Virus record (IMG/VR): IMGVR_UViG_3300010397_000004
Span: 11,023-75,022 of that record
From: a virus
Length of the DNA stretch: 64,000 nucleotides
Reading direction: 5' to 3' (one strand)
Shown here: in pieces, positions 10,091 through 18,161 of the stretch
How positions within the stretch are numbered: the first letter of the stretch is position 1
How the letters are laid out: every line of letters begins with the position of its first letter
Program-made: the position numbers and the translations under genes
The notes under the pieces: model-generated
What the model saw: the letters and a program-made list of their open reading frames with translations, nothing else
The model's database searches: none
Told to the model about the DNA's origin: nothing

Positions 10091-11302
10091 ATGCCTCGAC
10101 GAGTCCTACCGTTCGACCCGTCCATCGGCGAACGAGTCCGCGCACGACGCCAAATGCGCCGGTGGAGCATCCGCCACGCCGCCGGCCGCGCCGGCGTCGC
10201 ACCCTCGACCTGGATGCGGATCGAACGCGGTGAGCTCCGCACCGACCGGTACATGATCTCGGACCTTGCCGCTGCCTTGGAGTGTTCCATCGCCGACCTG
10301 ACCGGCCAGCCCATTCCCTCCAGCGACCGCAGCCTGACGGCCGCGCACGCACGCGTGATCGCGCTCTGGCGGGTCCTGGTCGAGGTGGCGCCGGACGAAC
10401 CACCGCGCCGCCCGGTCCTCGCCATTCCAGCGCTGAGCGCCCGCATGGACCTGATCGACAGCCGCCGGGCCGCCTGCGACTTCGCCGGGGTGGCCCAGCT
10501 CCTGCCGGACCTTCTCCTCGACCTCCACGCCGCCACTAGGGACCGCCGCCGCGGCCGCGCTGCCCGCCTGCTCTTTCTTCGCGCTACCTACTCGGCCGCC
10601 AGCACGCTGCGCAGCCTCGGATACCTGGCCGAGGCCACGATCGCGGCGGAGCGGTGCCGCCAGGTGGCTGAGCAGATAGACCAGGCGGTGCCGCTCGCTG
10701 TCGCAGACTGGGCCCGCGCCCACGTGGCCCTTTCCAGCGGTTCCTTCGGGCGCGCCCTGACCCTGGTCAGTCGGGCCGCGGACGACCTCGAGCGGAACCT
10801 CGAGGCACCGACGGCGCCCGAGGTGCTCGGCATGCTTCACCTGTCCACAGCCATGGCTGTCCTGGCCGACCATCGAACTGACGACGCGTTCGCTCACATC
10901 AACGAGGCCGCCCAGCTGGCCGCTCGCACAGGAGAAACCACCAGCTGGAACATGTGCTTCGGCCCGAGCAACGTCGCCCTGTGGCGCATGGGCCTCGAGG
11001 TCGACACCGGACAACCGGCGGCAGCGATCGAAACCGCGAACAACGTGCGACCCGCCACGATCCCTTCCGTCGACCGGCAGTCCGCGTACTACCTGGACTT
11101 TGGTCGCGCGCTGGCAGACATCCCGGGCCGCGATCGGGACGCCGTGCGCATGCTTCTGCAGGCGGAACGCGTCGCTCCCCAGCGCATTCGGTCCTCCGTG
11201 TCGGCGCGGGACACGGCTCGCTTCCTACTCGACCGCAGCCGTCGCGCCGAGGGCGGCTCCGAACTGCTGGGCCTCTGCGAACGCCTAGGGGTGCACGCGT
11301 AG
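10091..11302 (+). CDS. XRE-family HTH regulator with TPR-like C-terminal region
   Basis: 'IGERVRARR...AAGRAGVAPSTWMRIERG' HTH; C-terminal 'FGPSNV' and 'AERVAPQ' motifs of actinobacterial XRE-TPR proteins. Confidence 0.85.
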   Translation: MPRRVLPFDPSIGERVRARRQMRRWSIRHAAGRAGVAPSTWMRIERGELRTDRYMISDLAAALECSIADLTGQPIPSSDRSLTAAHARVIALWRVLVEVAPDEPPRRPVLAIPALSARMDLIDSRRAACDFAGVAQLLPDLLLDLHAATRDRRRGRAARLLFLRATYSAASTLRSLGYLAEATIAAERCRQVAEQIDQAVPLAVADWARAHVALSSGSFGRALTLVSRAADDLERNLEAPTAPEVLGMLHLSTAMAVLADHRTDDAFAHINEAAQLAARTGETTSWNMCFGPSNVALWRMGLEVDTGQPAAAIETANNVRPATIPSVDRQSAYYLDFGRALADIPGRDRDAVRMLLQAERVAPQRIRSSVSARDTARFLLDRSRRAEGGSELLGLCERLGVHA

Positions 11303-11558
11303 GCGAACTGGCGTTGCGTACTCGCAACAGCGCCGCGTGTTCTGCCCATAGCGTTCTGTGCAGAGGCGCGGCGGTCCGGTACGCCCCGGGCTCTCGCCGC
11401 CGCGCCTCGCCAAGACGCCGTGGACGGTTGACCGGGGCCGACTCTGTGGCCCCCTGCAGGCCACCCCCCCTTGCGACGAGGACCTGGTCAACCTCCACGG
11501 CTTCTCGACCACATGGCCAACCGCGCACCGGCGGCCGGCCAGAGACGGAGAGCTTCTC

Positions 11559-11828
11559 ATGCAGTCCCGGCCAGCCTGGATCGTGCACCTACCGATCGAC
11601 GCCACCACCCTCGAAGCGGCCCTCGAGGTCGCCTGCCGGGTCGCGTGGGCGGTGGCGAGGGAGGTCGATGAGGCCGATCCGTATGGGACCGCGGTCGGGC
11701 TGGCCAACCCGACGACCATGCCGTCGATCGTGCACCCGGTGTACTGCAACCGGCCGGTCGGCAATCGGGTCTGCTGGCTGCGCCACCAGCACGTCGGCGA
11801 CTGCCAAGCGCTCGCATCGCCCTCCTGA
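11559..11828 (+). CDS. Small protein with C-terminal Cys/His motif, partner of XRE regulator
   Basis: GGAG RBS; 'YCNRP...CWLRHQHVGDC'. Confidence 0.6.
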   Translation: MQSRPAWIVHLPIDATTLEAALEVACRVAWAVAREVDEADPYGTAVGLANPTTMPSIVHPVYCNRPVGNRVCWLRHQHVGDCQALASPS

Positions 11829-12000
11829 CCTGACGATTGATAGTCGGACATCATCCGTTTGGGTGATGCCCGGCAGAGCGGTCGTTTAAGGCCGAGGCTG
11901 CCTAACCCCTCAGCGATCGCCCACAGTGGATGATCGCCCACCGGTAGACGGAGCCGGTCGGATAGGGGTGAGGCTGCCTACGACCTGAGCGATCGCCACG

Positions 12001-12032
12001 AGCGGGGGTCATCCGATCGGATGACCCCCGCT
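12001..12032. repeat. Perfect 32-bp palindrome
   Basis: agcgggggtcatccga|tcggatgacccccgct. Confidence 0.95.
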
Positions 12033-12074
12033 ATCTAATCGGGTGACCCCCGAACGATCGCCCCTGAAACGCAA

Positions 12075-12117
12075 GAAGGCCCCACGGCACCGGATCGCTC
12101 CGGGCCGTGGGGCCTTC
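12075..12117 (-). terminator. Hairpin terminator between convergent units
   Basis: gaaggccccacggc...gccgtggggccttc immediately past the stop of the leftward gene at 12131. Confidence 0.7.
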
Positions 12118-12130
12118 CTGTTGTCTGCTC

Positions 12131-12739
12131 TCACACCTGCGGCGTTGTCGCCGTTAGCGGTTTCCCGTTCAGACCCGGCTTCGACGGCCCGGTCACCTGG
12201 GGCCCACTGCGGCCGACCGGGCGGGCCTTCCGAACTCGCTCCACCACCGTCGCGGGCGGGGCTGCTACCGGCGCCACCGCCGGCGGGGCTGGAACCGGTG
12301 CCGGCTCGACCGCCGGCTCGGCAGCGACCTGCTCGACCTTCGCAGAGAACGACGCGATCCTCGCGCCCAGCTCCACGAGGGAGACCGAGGCAACGACGAT
12401 CAGGCCGTCGACCGTGAAAGGGAGAAGGTGCGCCGAGTCGTTGGTCTCGCCGTACCGGCCGGCCACGCCGACCATGTGCCAGTAGGAGACCCATCCGGCA
12501 ATGCCCGCGATCACCGCGGTGGCGGAGATGCGGACAGCCGCGAGAAGCGGCCGGGATAGGGGAATCCGAGAGGTCAGCTCGACCGTTAGCAGGAAGGCCA
12601 CAGATGGCCACGCTGCGATAACCTGGCTGATCGGGTTGTTCCGCGCGTGCAGGACATTCGCTGCCACCGAAGCAGCGACACCGAGCGCCAAGACTAGGCG
12701 GACGGTCCAACGCAGGCGCTTGAGTTGACTGAGTTCCAT
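12131..12739 (-). CDS. DUF2637-like membrane protein (found in actinomycete mobile elements)
   Basis: GAGGAGG RBS; 'ASVAANVLHA', 'IAAWPSVAFLL', 'SYWHMV', 'LPFTVDGLIV'; about 4 TM. Confidence 0.8.
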   Translation of the reverse strand: MELSQLKRLRWTVRLVLALGVAASVAANVLHARNNPISQVIAAWPSVAFLLTVELTSRIPLSRPLLAAVRISATAVIAGIAGWVSYWHMVGVAGRYGETNDSAHLLPFTVDGLIVVASVSLVELGARIASFSAKVEQVAAEPAVEPAPVPAPPAVAPVAAPPATVVERVRKARPVGRSGPQVTGPSKPGLNGKPLTATTPQV

Positions 12740-12906
12740 GGGTCCTCCTCGGGGATCCATGGACGGCCGCCGGTCGGCCGCCCCCGCGGTGGCCTCCGAC
12801 GTGGACTCGCGGAGCCGGGCTCGACGCTTGTCCAATGTGGTGGTGAGTGGTGGTGGGCCTGACGGCCACGGCTCCGGCCGGTACGAGACCGACCGGACCG
12901 GAGGTG

Positions 12907-13119
12907 TCAGGAGTCTTCTGCGAGCACCTCATCGAGTGCCGCGATCACCGCTCGGTGCTCGTCCCACGACTCGACGTTGCGCATCAAGTGCATCGCCGAG
13001 AGTTCGGGGGCGATGTCCGGGTACTGCTCCCGGAACCTTCGCAGGTGGGCCAAGGCCGATTCCTTCGTGATGTCCTCGGTCTTGTAGGGCGTCTCGATCT
13101 GCTTGCGCTTGGCGGCCAC
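12907..13119 (-). CDS. Small hypothetical protein
   Basis: Strong AAAGGAGG RBS; natural-looking 70-aa sequence. Confidence 0.75.
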   Translation of the reverse strand: MAAKRKQIETPYKTEDITKESALAHLRRFREQYPDIAPELSAMHLMRNVESWDEHRAVIAALDEVLAEDS

Positions 13120-13428
13120 GATGGCCTCCTTTCTTGGCCTCGCGGCCAGTGCCCCGCTGCGGTGTCGAACCGCTGCCGTCCTCTTGCGGGGTAGGTGCCG
13201 GGGATACGCTCCCGGCCGGCGATCACGGATATCGCTCCGACTCGGCTACTCCAGATTCGGCGGAATCCCTAGACACCTTCCACGGCGTGCCGTCCTTCGC
13301 CCCTCCGCGGGCGTCGCGGTCGCCGTGTTACCCGTCGGCGTCCCTGGGCGTCGATCACAGCTCGACGGCTAGGCTGGCATTGCTGCGTGCCGGGTGGCCG
13401 ATCTGTGAGCGCGCCACCCGGCGCCGTG

Positions 13429-13698
13429 CTAGTCGGTCACGCCCTCGCTCGGGCCGATCACCGTGAGCCAGAGTTCGTCTGGCCCGTGCCAGCTGGCACC
13501 GCAACCGTCGATGTCGATGGTGGCCACCTGTGGGCCGCGCCACCCGGGACCGAACACGCGCCATTCCTGGTGGAATGGTTCGGGTTCGCCGGTCGAGTGA
13601 AGCTCGGTCGGGTAGTCGGCGGCCCATAGGAGCGATGCCCACTGGCCGGCCTGGCGGTACTGCTCTTCGGTGCTCGGTAGATCAAGGCTTGTGTCCAT
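13429..13698 (-). CDS. Small hypothetical protein
   Basis: GAGGGAG RBS within a repeated leader; 89 aa. Confidence 0.65.
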   Translation of the reverse strand: MDTSLDLPSTEEQYRQAGQWASLLWAADYPTELHSTGEPEPFHQEWRVFGPGWRGPQVATIDIDGCGASWHGPDELWLTVIGPSEGVTD

Positions 13699-13778
13699 GT
13701 CCGTCTCCCTCGGACTTGCCGTCCCCTGTGGACGGGAAAAGTGGGCGGTAGGGCCACGACAGCCCTACCGCCCGTGGA

Positions 13779-13955
13779 TCAGGAGTTGATCGCCTTGGGC
13801 TCGACCGGCCGCGCCTCTGCGGGAACGCCCTCTGCCACCATCCGGCGGTACAGGGAGTTGATGACGGCCCGATGGGTGTCGTTCTCAACTGTGATCATCA
13901 GATCTCCGATCCGCTGCACGGCCGCTCGCCAGCCCGCTGCGAAGTCCTTTTCCAT
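13779..13955 (-). CDS. Small hypothetical protein (MEKDFAAGWRAA...)
   Basis: GGAGGGAG RBS within the same repeated leader; 58 aa. Confidence 0.65.
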   Translation of the reverse strand: MEKDFAAGWRAAVQRIGDLMITVENDTHRAVINSLYRRMVAEGVPAEARPVEPKAINS

Positions 13956-14310
13956 GTCGGTCTCCCTCCGACTTGGCCATCCCTTGTGGACTGACCTGTG
14001 TGGACCCGGAGGGAGTTGCACACCCCCTACGCCTGCGTCTTCCCGGCTGCCTTGCACCGTGCGCTGCGCTGCATCGCCTTGCGGCTTGTCTCGCGGTCCG
14101 TGGCCCGGGGCGCTGCCTTTCGGCTGCTGCCACGCCGGGCGGGTCTTGCGGTGAATCTATGTGGTGAGTGGGTATCCGCTGTTTCACATCTCCCGGGGGC
14201 TTTTCCCTGGCACCTCTCGGCGTCCGCTGCCCTCTCCGGCCCAGCTCCCCGCACGCGATTGCGTCATCGGTCGGCTTTGGTGTCGGCGCTTCCTCTTGTC
14301 TTGTACCCCA

Positions 14311-14418
14311 CACGATACACGTCGACGTGCGTCGTGCCAACCCCAGGCAAGACGTGGAACTGTCGGGTACCTGACACGTCGACGTGCATCGTGTCGCACG
14401 CACGTCGACGTGTATCCT
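14311..14418. promoter_or_regulatory. Divergent promoter region with three CACGTCGACGTG operators
   Basis: Exact 12-bp palindromes at 14318, 14375 and 14401; TANNNT -10 boxes on both strands (TATCGT on -, TATCCT on +). Confidence 0.75.
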
Positions 14419-14424
14419 GACCGC

Positions 14425-14715
14425 ATGGCCCGCCGGAAGCTCCACCGCGCCGACGTCGCCGAGCTCCTGGGCATCAACCCCGACTCGCTCGGCCGAGCCA
14501 AGCTGCCCGAACGCGACGGCACCGACGTCGAGGGCTCGCACGCCCGCCCCTACTGGTGGTCGACCACCATCGACGCGTGGCTCGCAGCCCGGCCAGGCAA
14601 GGGCTGGCGCGCCGGCCGGCCCGGACCACACCCCAAAACGGCCGCTGCCGGGCCCGAGGAAACCTCGGACCCGGCAGCACCCACCCCCCGGAGAAAGATC
14701 AAGCCTGCGCGGTGA
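14425..14715 (+). CDS. AlpA/MerR-like small HTH DNA-binding protein (leaderless)
   Basis: 'DVAELLGINPDSL...LPERDG...RPYWWSTTIDAWLAARPG'; ATG 6 nt after TATCCT. Confidence 0.75.
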   Translation: MARRKLHRADVAELLGINPDSLGRAKLPERDGTDVEGSHARPYWWSTTIDAWLAARPGKGWRAGRPGPHPKTAAAGPEETSDPAAPTPRRKIKPAR

Positions 14716-14956
14716 CCTCCGGCGCGGTGGTGGTGGCGAGCTGGGCGCTGGCCGATCTGGCGTCACGGAGGCGCCGAGCCTGCTGCAGCAACCACGACAG
14801 CGTGAGTACGGTCTGCTCGAGCTCCGGAGCGGACATCTCAGCCAGTGAGGCGGACGCCTCGCCGCTGTTGCCGCTGACGTGGTAGCGCACCGCTGCGCAC
14901 ATCAGCACCGTCGAGAGTTCTGGTAGCGGTGCTGGTTGAGCTGAGGGGCCGGTCAT
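14699..14956 (-). CDS. Small hypothetical protein
   Basis: GGAAGGA RBS; 85 aa. Confidence 0.5.
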   Translation of the reverse strand: MTGPSAQPAPLPELSTVLMCAAVRYHVSGNSGEASASLAEMSAPELEQTVLTLSWLLQQARRLRDARSASAQLATTTAPEVTAQA

Positions 14957-14958
14957 GG

Positions 14959-15240
14959 TCAGTTCCTTCCGGTGAGGAGTAGGCCGACGCAGGTGAGAGC
15001 GATACCCGCGAAGATCGAGGTGGCGGCCAGCCGCACCGGCAACGAGGCCGCGAGGCGGTCGTTGGTGCGGCGGGCGGCCCGGGCGGTGCGGTGCGCCCCG
15101 CGGTCGGTGTTGATGCGGTGACTGGACACCGCGCAGGCCAGTGAGTAACCCGCGACGATGACGAGAACAAGACCTGCGGCGCCGACGCGGATGATGATGG
15201 AAGCGTGCTGCACGACGGTGAAGCCTTTCGGGGAGGGCAC
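14959..15240 (-). CDS. Small 2-TM membrane protein
   Basis: Two hydrophobic segments flanking a basic loop; start uncertain. Confidence 0.5.
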   Translation of the reverse strand: MPSPKGFTVVQHASIIIRVGAAGLVLVIVAGYSLACAVSSHRINTDRGAHRTARAARRTNDRLAASLPVRLAATSIFAGIALTCVGLLLTGRN

Positions 15241-15596
15241 GCGGGGCCGCAGCGGCTGAGCCCCCTCGCTGGCGGCCCCGCGTGAGATAACTCCCTCCTG
15301 TCTGAGGGCAGCACGACGCCGAGCGCATGCTGCCGCCGACCTTGGAGTGGAGGTGACGCGCCCCTGTCGTTGAGCAAGACCCGGCAGGGACCCTAATGAC
15401 CAGGAGCGAGGCGGTTGTACCTCGCCCCCGGCCGGGTCTGCCGGGTCCCCAAGTTGCCAAACCGGGAGTCACGGCTTCCCCGTCACAAAACCTATGTACA
15501 CAGGTTAGTCAAAGTCAAGGGGCTAGCCGGCCCTTATCTTGCGTACACAAGATGCGGTGTGGTCGAATCTTCCTGCCAAACCGGGAGAAGAGAGCC

Positions 15597-15830
15597 ATGG
15601 TGAGCAGGAAAGATATGATTGCGTCGATCAAGTTGAAGATCGACACAGGAGAGTGGGCGCCAGGGGCCAGGTTGCCCACTACGAGCCAGTTGATGAGGAT
15701 GTACGACGTTAGTCAGTCCACGGTGGCCAACGCGATGTCGACCCTGATCGAGATGGGTCTCGTCGTTGGGGTGGCGGGCGGGGCTCGCTACGTCGCCGAG
15801 TCGGCCGACGCCGAGGGCGGGGTCGGATAG
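15597..15830 (+). CDS. GntR-family winged-helix regulator (DNA-binding domain only)
   Basis: 'IDTGEWAPGARLPTTSQLMRMYDVSQSTVANAMSTLIEMGLV'. Confidence 0.85.
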   Translation: MVSRKDMIASIKLKIDTGEWAPGARLPTTSQLMRMYDVSQSTVANAMSTLIEMGLVVGVAGGARYVAESADAEGGVG

Positions 15831-15974
15831 AACGATTAGGTCGGCACAGAAGAAACCGCCCGATCGGTTAAAGGATATCCGATTCCTAGGTACATAGGTT
15901 AGCCGATCATCCGGTAGTCTGCAGGTCACGCAGCGGCGTAGAACGGTGACTCTGCAACAAACTTCTGGATCGGG

Positions 15975-16397
15975 GTGGCGACGTTGACAACGGTGTTTGC
16001 GCGTTTTGCCCGACATGCCCATTGGGCCGCCGCCGCGTGCGACGGCGGCCTTCTGGGGTACGGAATTATCGCTATCCGGGATGACCGGTCAGATGTCCTA
16101 CCCCTCACGGTGCTGGCCATTGCGGCTGTCTCGCTCACATTCTTCGCGGTACGGCACGCTCTCAGGCGCCGGCGGCAGTGGCAGGCCGAGCGCGCCAGGC
16201 GCCTCGCCGCCATGGCACAGGAGCGGGCCCGCCAGCAGGCCATCGCGGAGGCGGACACGCAGCTGCTGCCGGTGTTCATCCCGTACCCGTCGCCACCGAC
16301 CTATGTCTCCCTGCGCAACACCGCAGACGACGAGTTGCGGATGGCGCTGCGGCGCGACCTCGAGACGACGGGGGACATCAGTCTGACTCCCCGCTGA
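15975..16397 (+). CDS. Membrane protein (2 TM)
   Basis: Hydrophobic segments followed by a basic coiled region; start uncertain. Confidence 0.5.
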   Translation: MATLTTVFARFARHAHWAAAACDGGLLGYGIIAIRDDRSDVLPLTVLAIAAVSLTFFAVRHALRRRRQWQAERARRLAAMAQERARQQAIAEADTQLLPVFIPYPSPPTYVSLRNTADDELRMALRRDLETTGDISLTPR

Positions 16398-16410
16398 CGG
16401 CGGCGGGGTT

Positions 16411-16494
16411 GAGGAGGCCGGGCCCCGATCGGGCCCGGCCTTCCTCTATGTCCGTACACGGCGAAGGCCGGCACCCGTTGGGGTGCCGGCCTTC
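16411..16494. terminator. Two tandem hairpins left of attP
   Basis: aggccgggccc..gggcccggcct (16411-16446) and gaaggccggcaccc..gggtgccggccttc (16463-16494). Confidence 0.7.
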
Positions 16495-16518
16495 TTCATT
16501 GGCGTTCGCCTATGCATC

Positions 16519-16779
16519 CGGTAGCAGGCCGGTAGCAAAACGGCCCCGACCGGGGGCGACAGGCCGAGGCCGGTCGACCGCCGTTCGCGCAGGTCAGGGG
16601 CCCGTCCTGTCTGGCCCTGTCTGTCCCGTGGCGCCGGGCTTGGGATTAGAAGTCCGTCGCTCTATCCGCTGAGCTACGGGCGCGGGATGTGCAAACGTGC
16701 TGGTCAAGACGCTCTCGGTCGGAACTGAAGGATCTTAGCGCCCCGTCCGGTAGCAGACTCGGTAGCAGAACCGGTACCG
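16519..16779. other. attP: 41-bp core (16643-16683) matching the 5' half of tRNA-Arg(UCU), flanked by CGGTAGCA arm-type repeats
   Basis: Minus strand reads GCGCCCGTAGCTCAGCGGATAGAGCGACGGACTTCTAATCC. CGGTAGCA at 16519, 16530, 16748, 16760 (variant at 16772). Adjacent to the integrase 3' end. Confidence 0.85.
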
Positions 16780-18161
16780 GTCGGGTCTGGCACAGTCTGA
16801 CCGGGCGCCGCCGGCCACAGCAAATCATTCATGCGGGTGGCCGCGTCGATCATCATGTCGTCGACGACGTGCTCGTACCGCTCCTGCATCCGGGACGTCG
16901 ACCAGCCCATCAGGCCCTGCACCACGCGGGCGTCGACCTTCAGCAGCCGGTTGAACGTCGCTGCCGTGTGGCGGGCGTCGTGCACCCGCAAGTCCCGCAG
17001 GCCGGCCTCGGCCAGGATCTCCTTCCATTCGCCCCAGTCGCGCCGGGCGTCGACCGGCCGGCCAAACGGGGTGGTGAACACGTGGCCGGTGTCCACCCAC
17101 TTCGACCCGGCCAACTCCCGCTCCTGCTGCTGCTGGATCAGGTGGGCGGCCAGGGCCCGCCGGACGTTCTCGGGCAAGGCCATCACCCGACGCTTGCGGT
17201 TCTTCGGCTCGCCCTTCACCAGGCCGCCGCTGTGGCGCTGCGGGCAACTGGAGGCGTGCCCGACGCAGGAGGCCGGGCAGGGCGGCGGGCAGGCCCGGGT
17301 GTGGCGCCGGCACGGGTCGGGGCAGGGCTGGGTCTTGTGCAGCCGTTGCCCGCACGCGTGGGCGTCCGTGCACCCGTGCTCCCAGGTGCGGCGGTACTGC
17401 TTCTCGCGGACTGTGAGGGTGCCCGCTTCGAGGTCGAGGTCGCTCGGCAGATCCGGACGGTCCGTGCGGTGCCAGGCCAGGCCAAGCGCCTCACCCTGGC
17501 GCAGCCCGCACGCGATGGCGACGTACCACCGCGCCCGGGTCCGCCGCTTCTCGATCACGGCGAAGATCCGCTGGACCTCGTCCACCCTCAGCGGGACGAT
17601 CTCCTCCTCGACGACGGGCAGGGGCTTGACCAACTTGGCCATGTTGCGCACGTTTGGGTGTTCACGCTCATAGTCGGACAGGGCTGACCGGAGCACCCGG
17701 TGAACCTTGTTCGCTTCGTTCGCTGACACGTCGCGCGCGATGGCCTTCAGCGCCCGAGAGATCTCCGTCGTGCCCAGGTCGTGCACCGCGGTGCCGCCGA
17801 GCTGCGCCGTGAGCCGGGCCGCGCAGCTGCGGTACGAGACGAACGCCTTGTACGCGAGGCGGTCCTGTTTGCGTTCGAGCCAGGCGTCCAGGTACTGGCC
17901 GAGGGTCTGCACCTTGCCGGCCCGGGCCACCTGCTTCGCGGCGACCTGGTCCTCGAGCTCGCGGACCTTGTCGGCGCACGCCTCGTAGCAGTCACATCCG
18001 ACGCGAGGTGACACCTTGCAGCCCGCGCACATTGCGCTGGCTCGCTTGCGCCTGTCGGGACTACCGTCGCCGCGCCGGCCGACGGTGACGAAGCCGACCC
18101 ACTGGCCGTTGGACGGGGTCAGGGTGACCGACAGCCCGCGCTTGTTGCGTTGTCGTGGCAT
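16704..18161 (-). CDS. int: Tyrosine integrase with Cys/His-rich insertions
   Basis: Catalytic motifs GLRQGEALGL (R), HDARH (HxxR), MGWS (W for H), RYEH (Y); start overlaps the repressor stop. Confidence 0.95.
   Translation of the reverse strand: MPRQRNKRGLSVTLTPSNGQWVGFVTVGRRGDGSPDRRKRASAMCAGCKVSPRVGCDCYEACADKVRELEDQVAAKQVARAGKVQTLGQYLDAWLERKQDRLAYKAFVSYRSCAARLTAQLGGTAVHDLGTTEISRALKAIARDVSANEANKVHRVLRSALSDYEREHPNVRNMAKLVKPLPVVEEEIVPLRVDEVQRIFAVIEKRRTRARWYVAIACGLRQGEALGLAWHRTDRPDLPSDLDLEAGTLTVREKQYRRTWEHGCTDAHACGQRLHKTQPCPDPCRRHTRACPPPCPASCVGHASSCPQRHSGGLVKGEPKNRKRRVMALPENVRRALAAHLIQQQQERELAGSKWVDTGHVFTTPFGRPVDARRDWGEWKEILAEAGLRDLRVHDARHTAATFNRLLKVDARVVQGLMGWSTSRMQERYEHVVDDMMIDAATRMNDLLWPAAPGQTVPDPTGTGSATESATGRGAKILQFRPRAS

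Noticed and set aside
11894-11998. Possible mini-CRISPR (two 28-bp repeats 76 bp apart)
   Set aside because: Only two imperfect copies and no cas genes; kept as an unexplained repeat.
16643-16683. Possible tRNA-Arg gene
   Set aside because: Only the 5' half is present and no T-arm follows; interpreted as the attP core.
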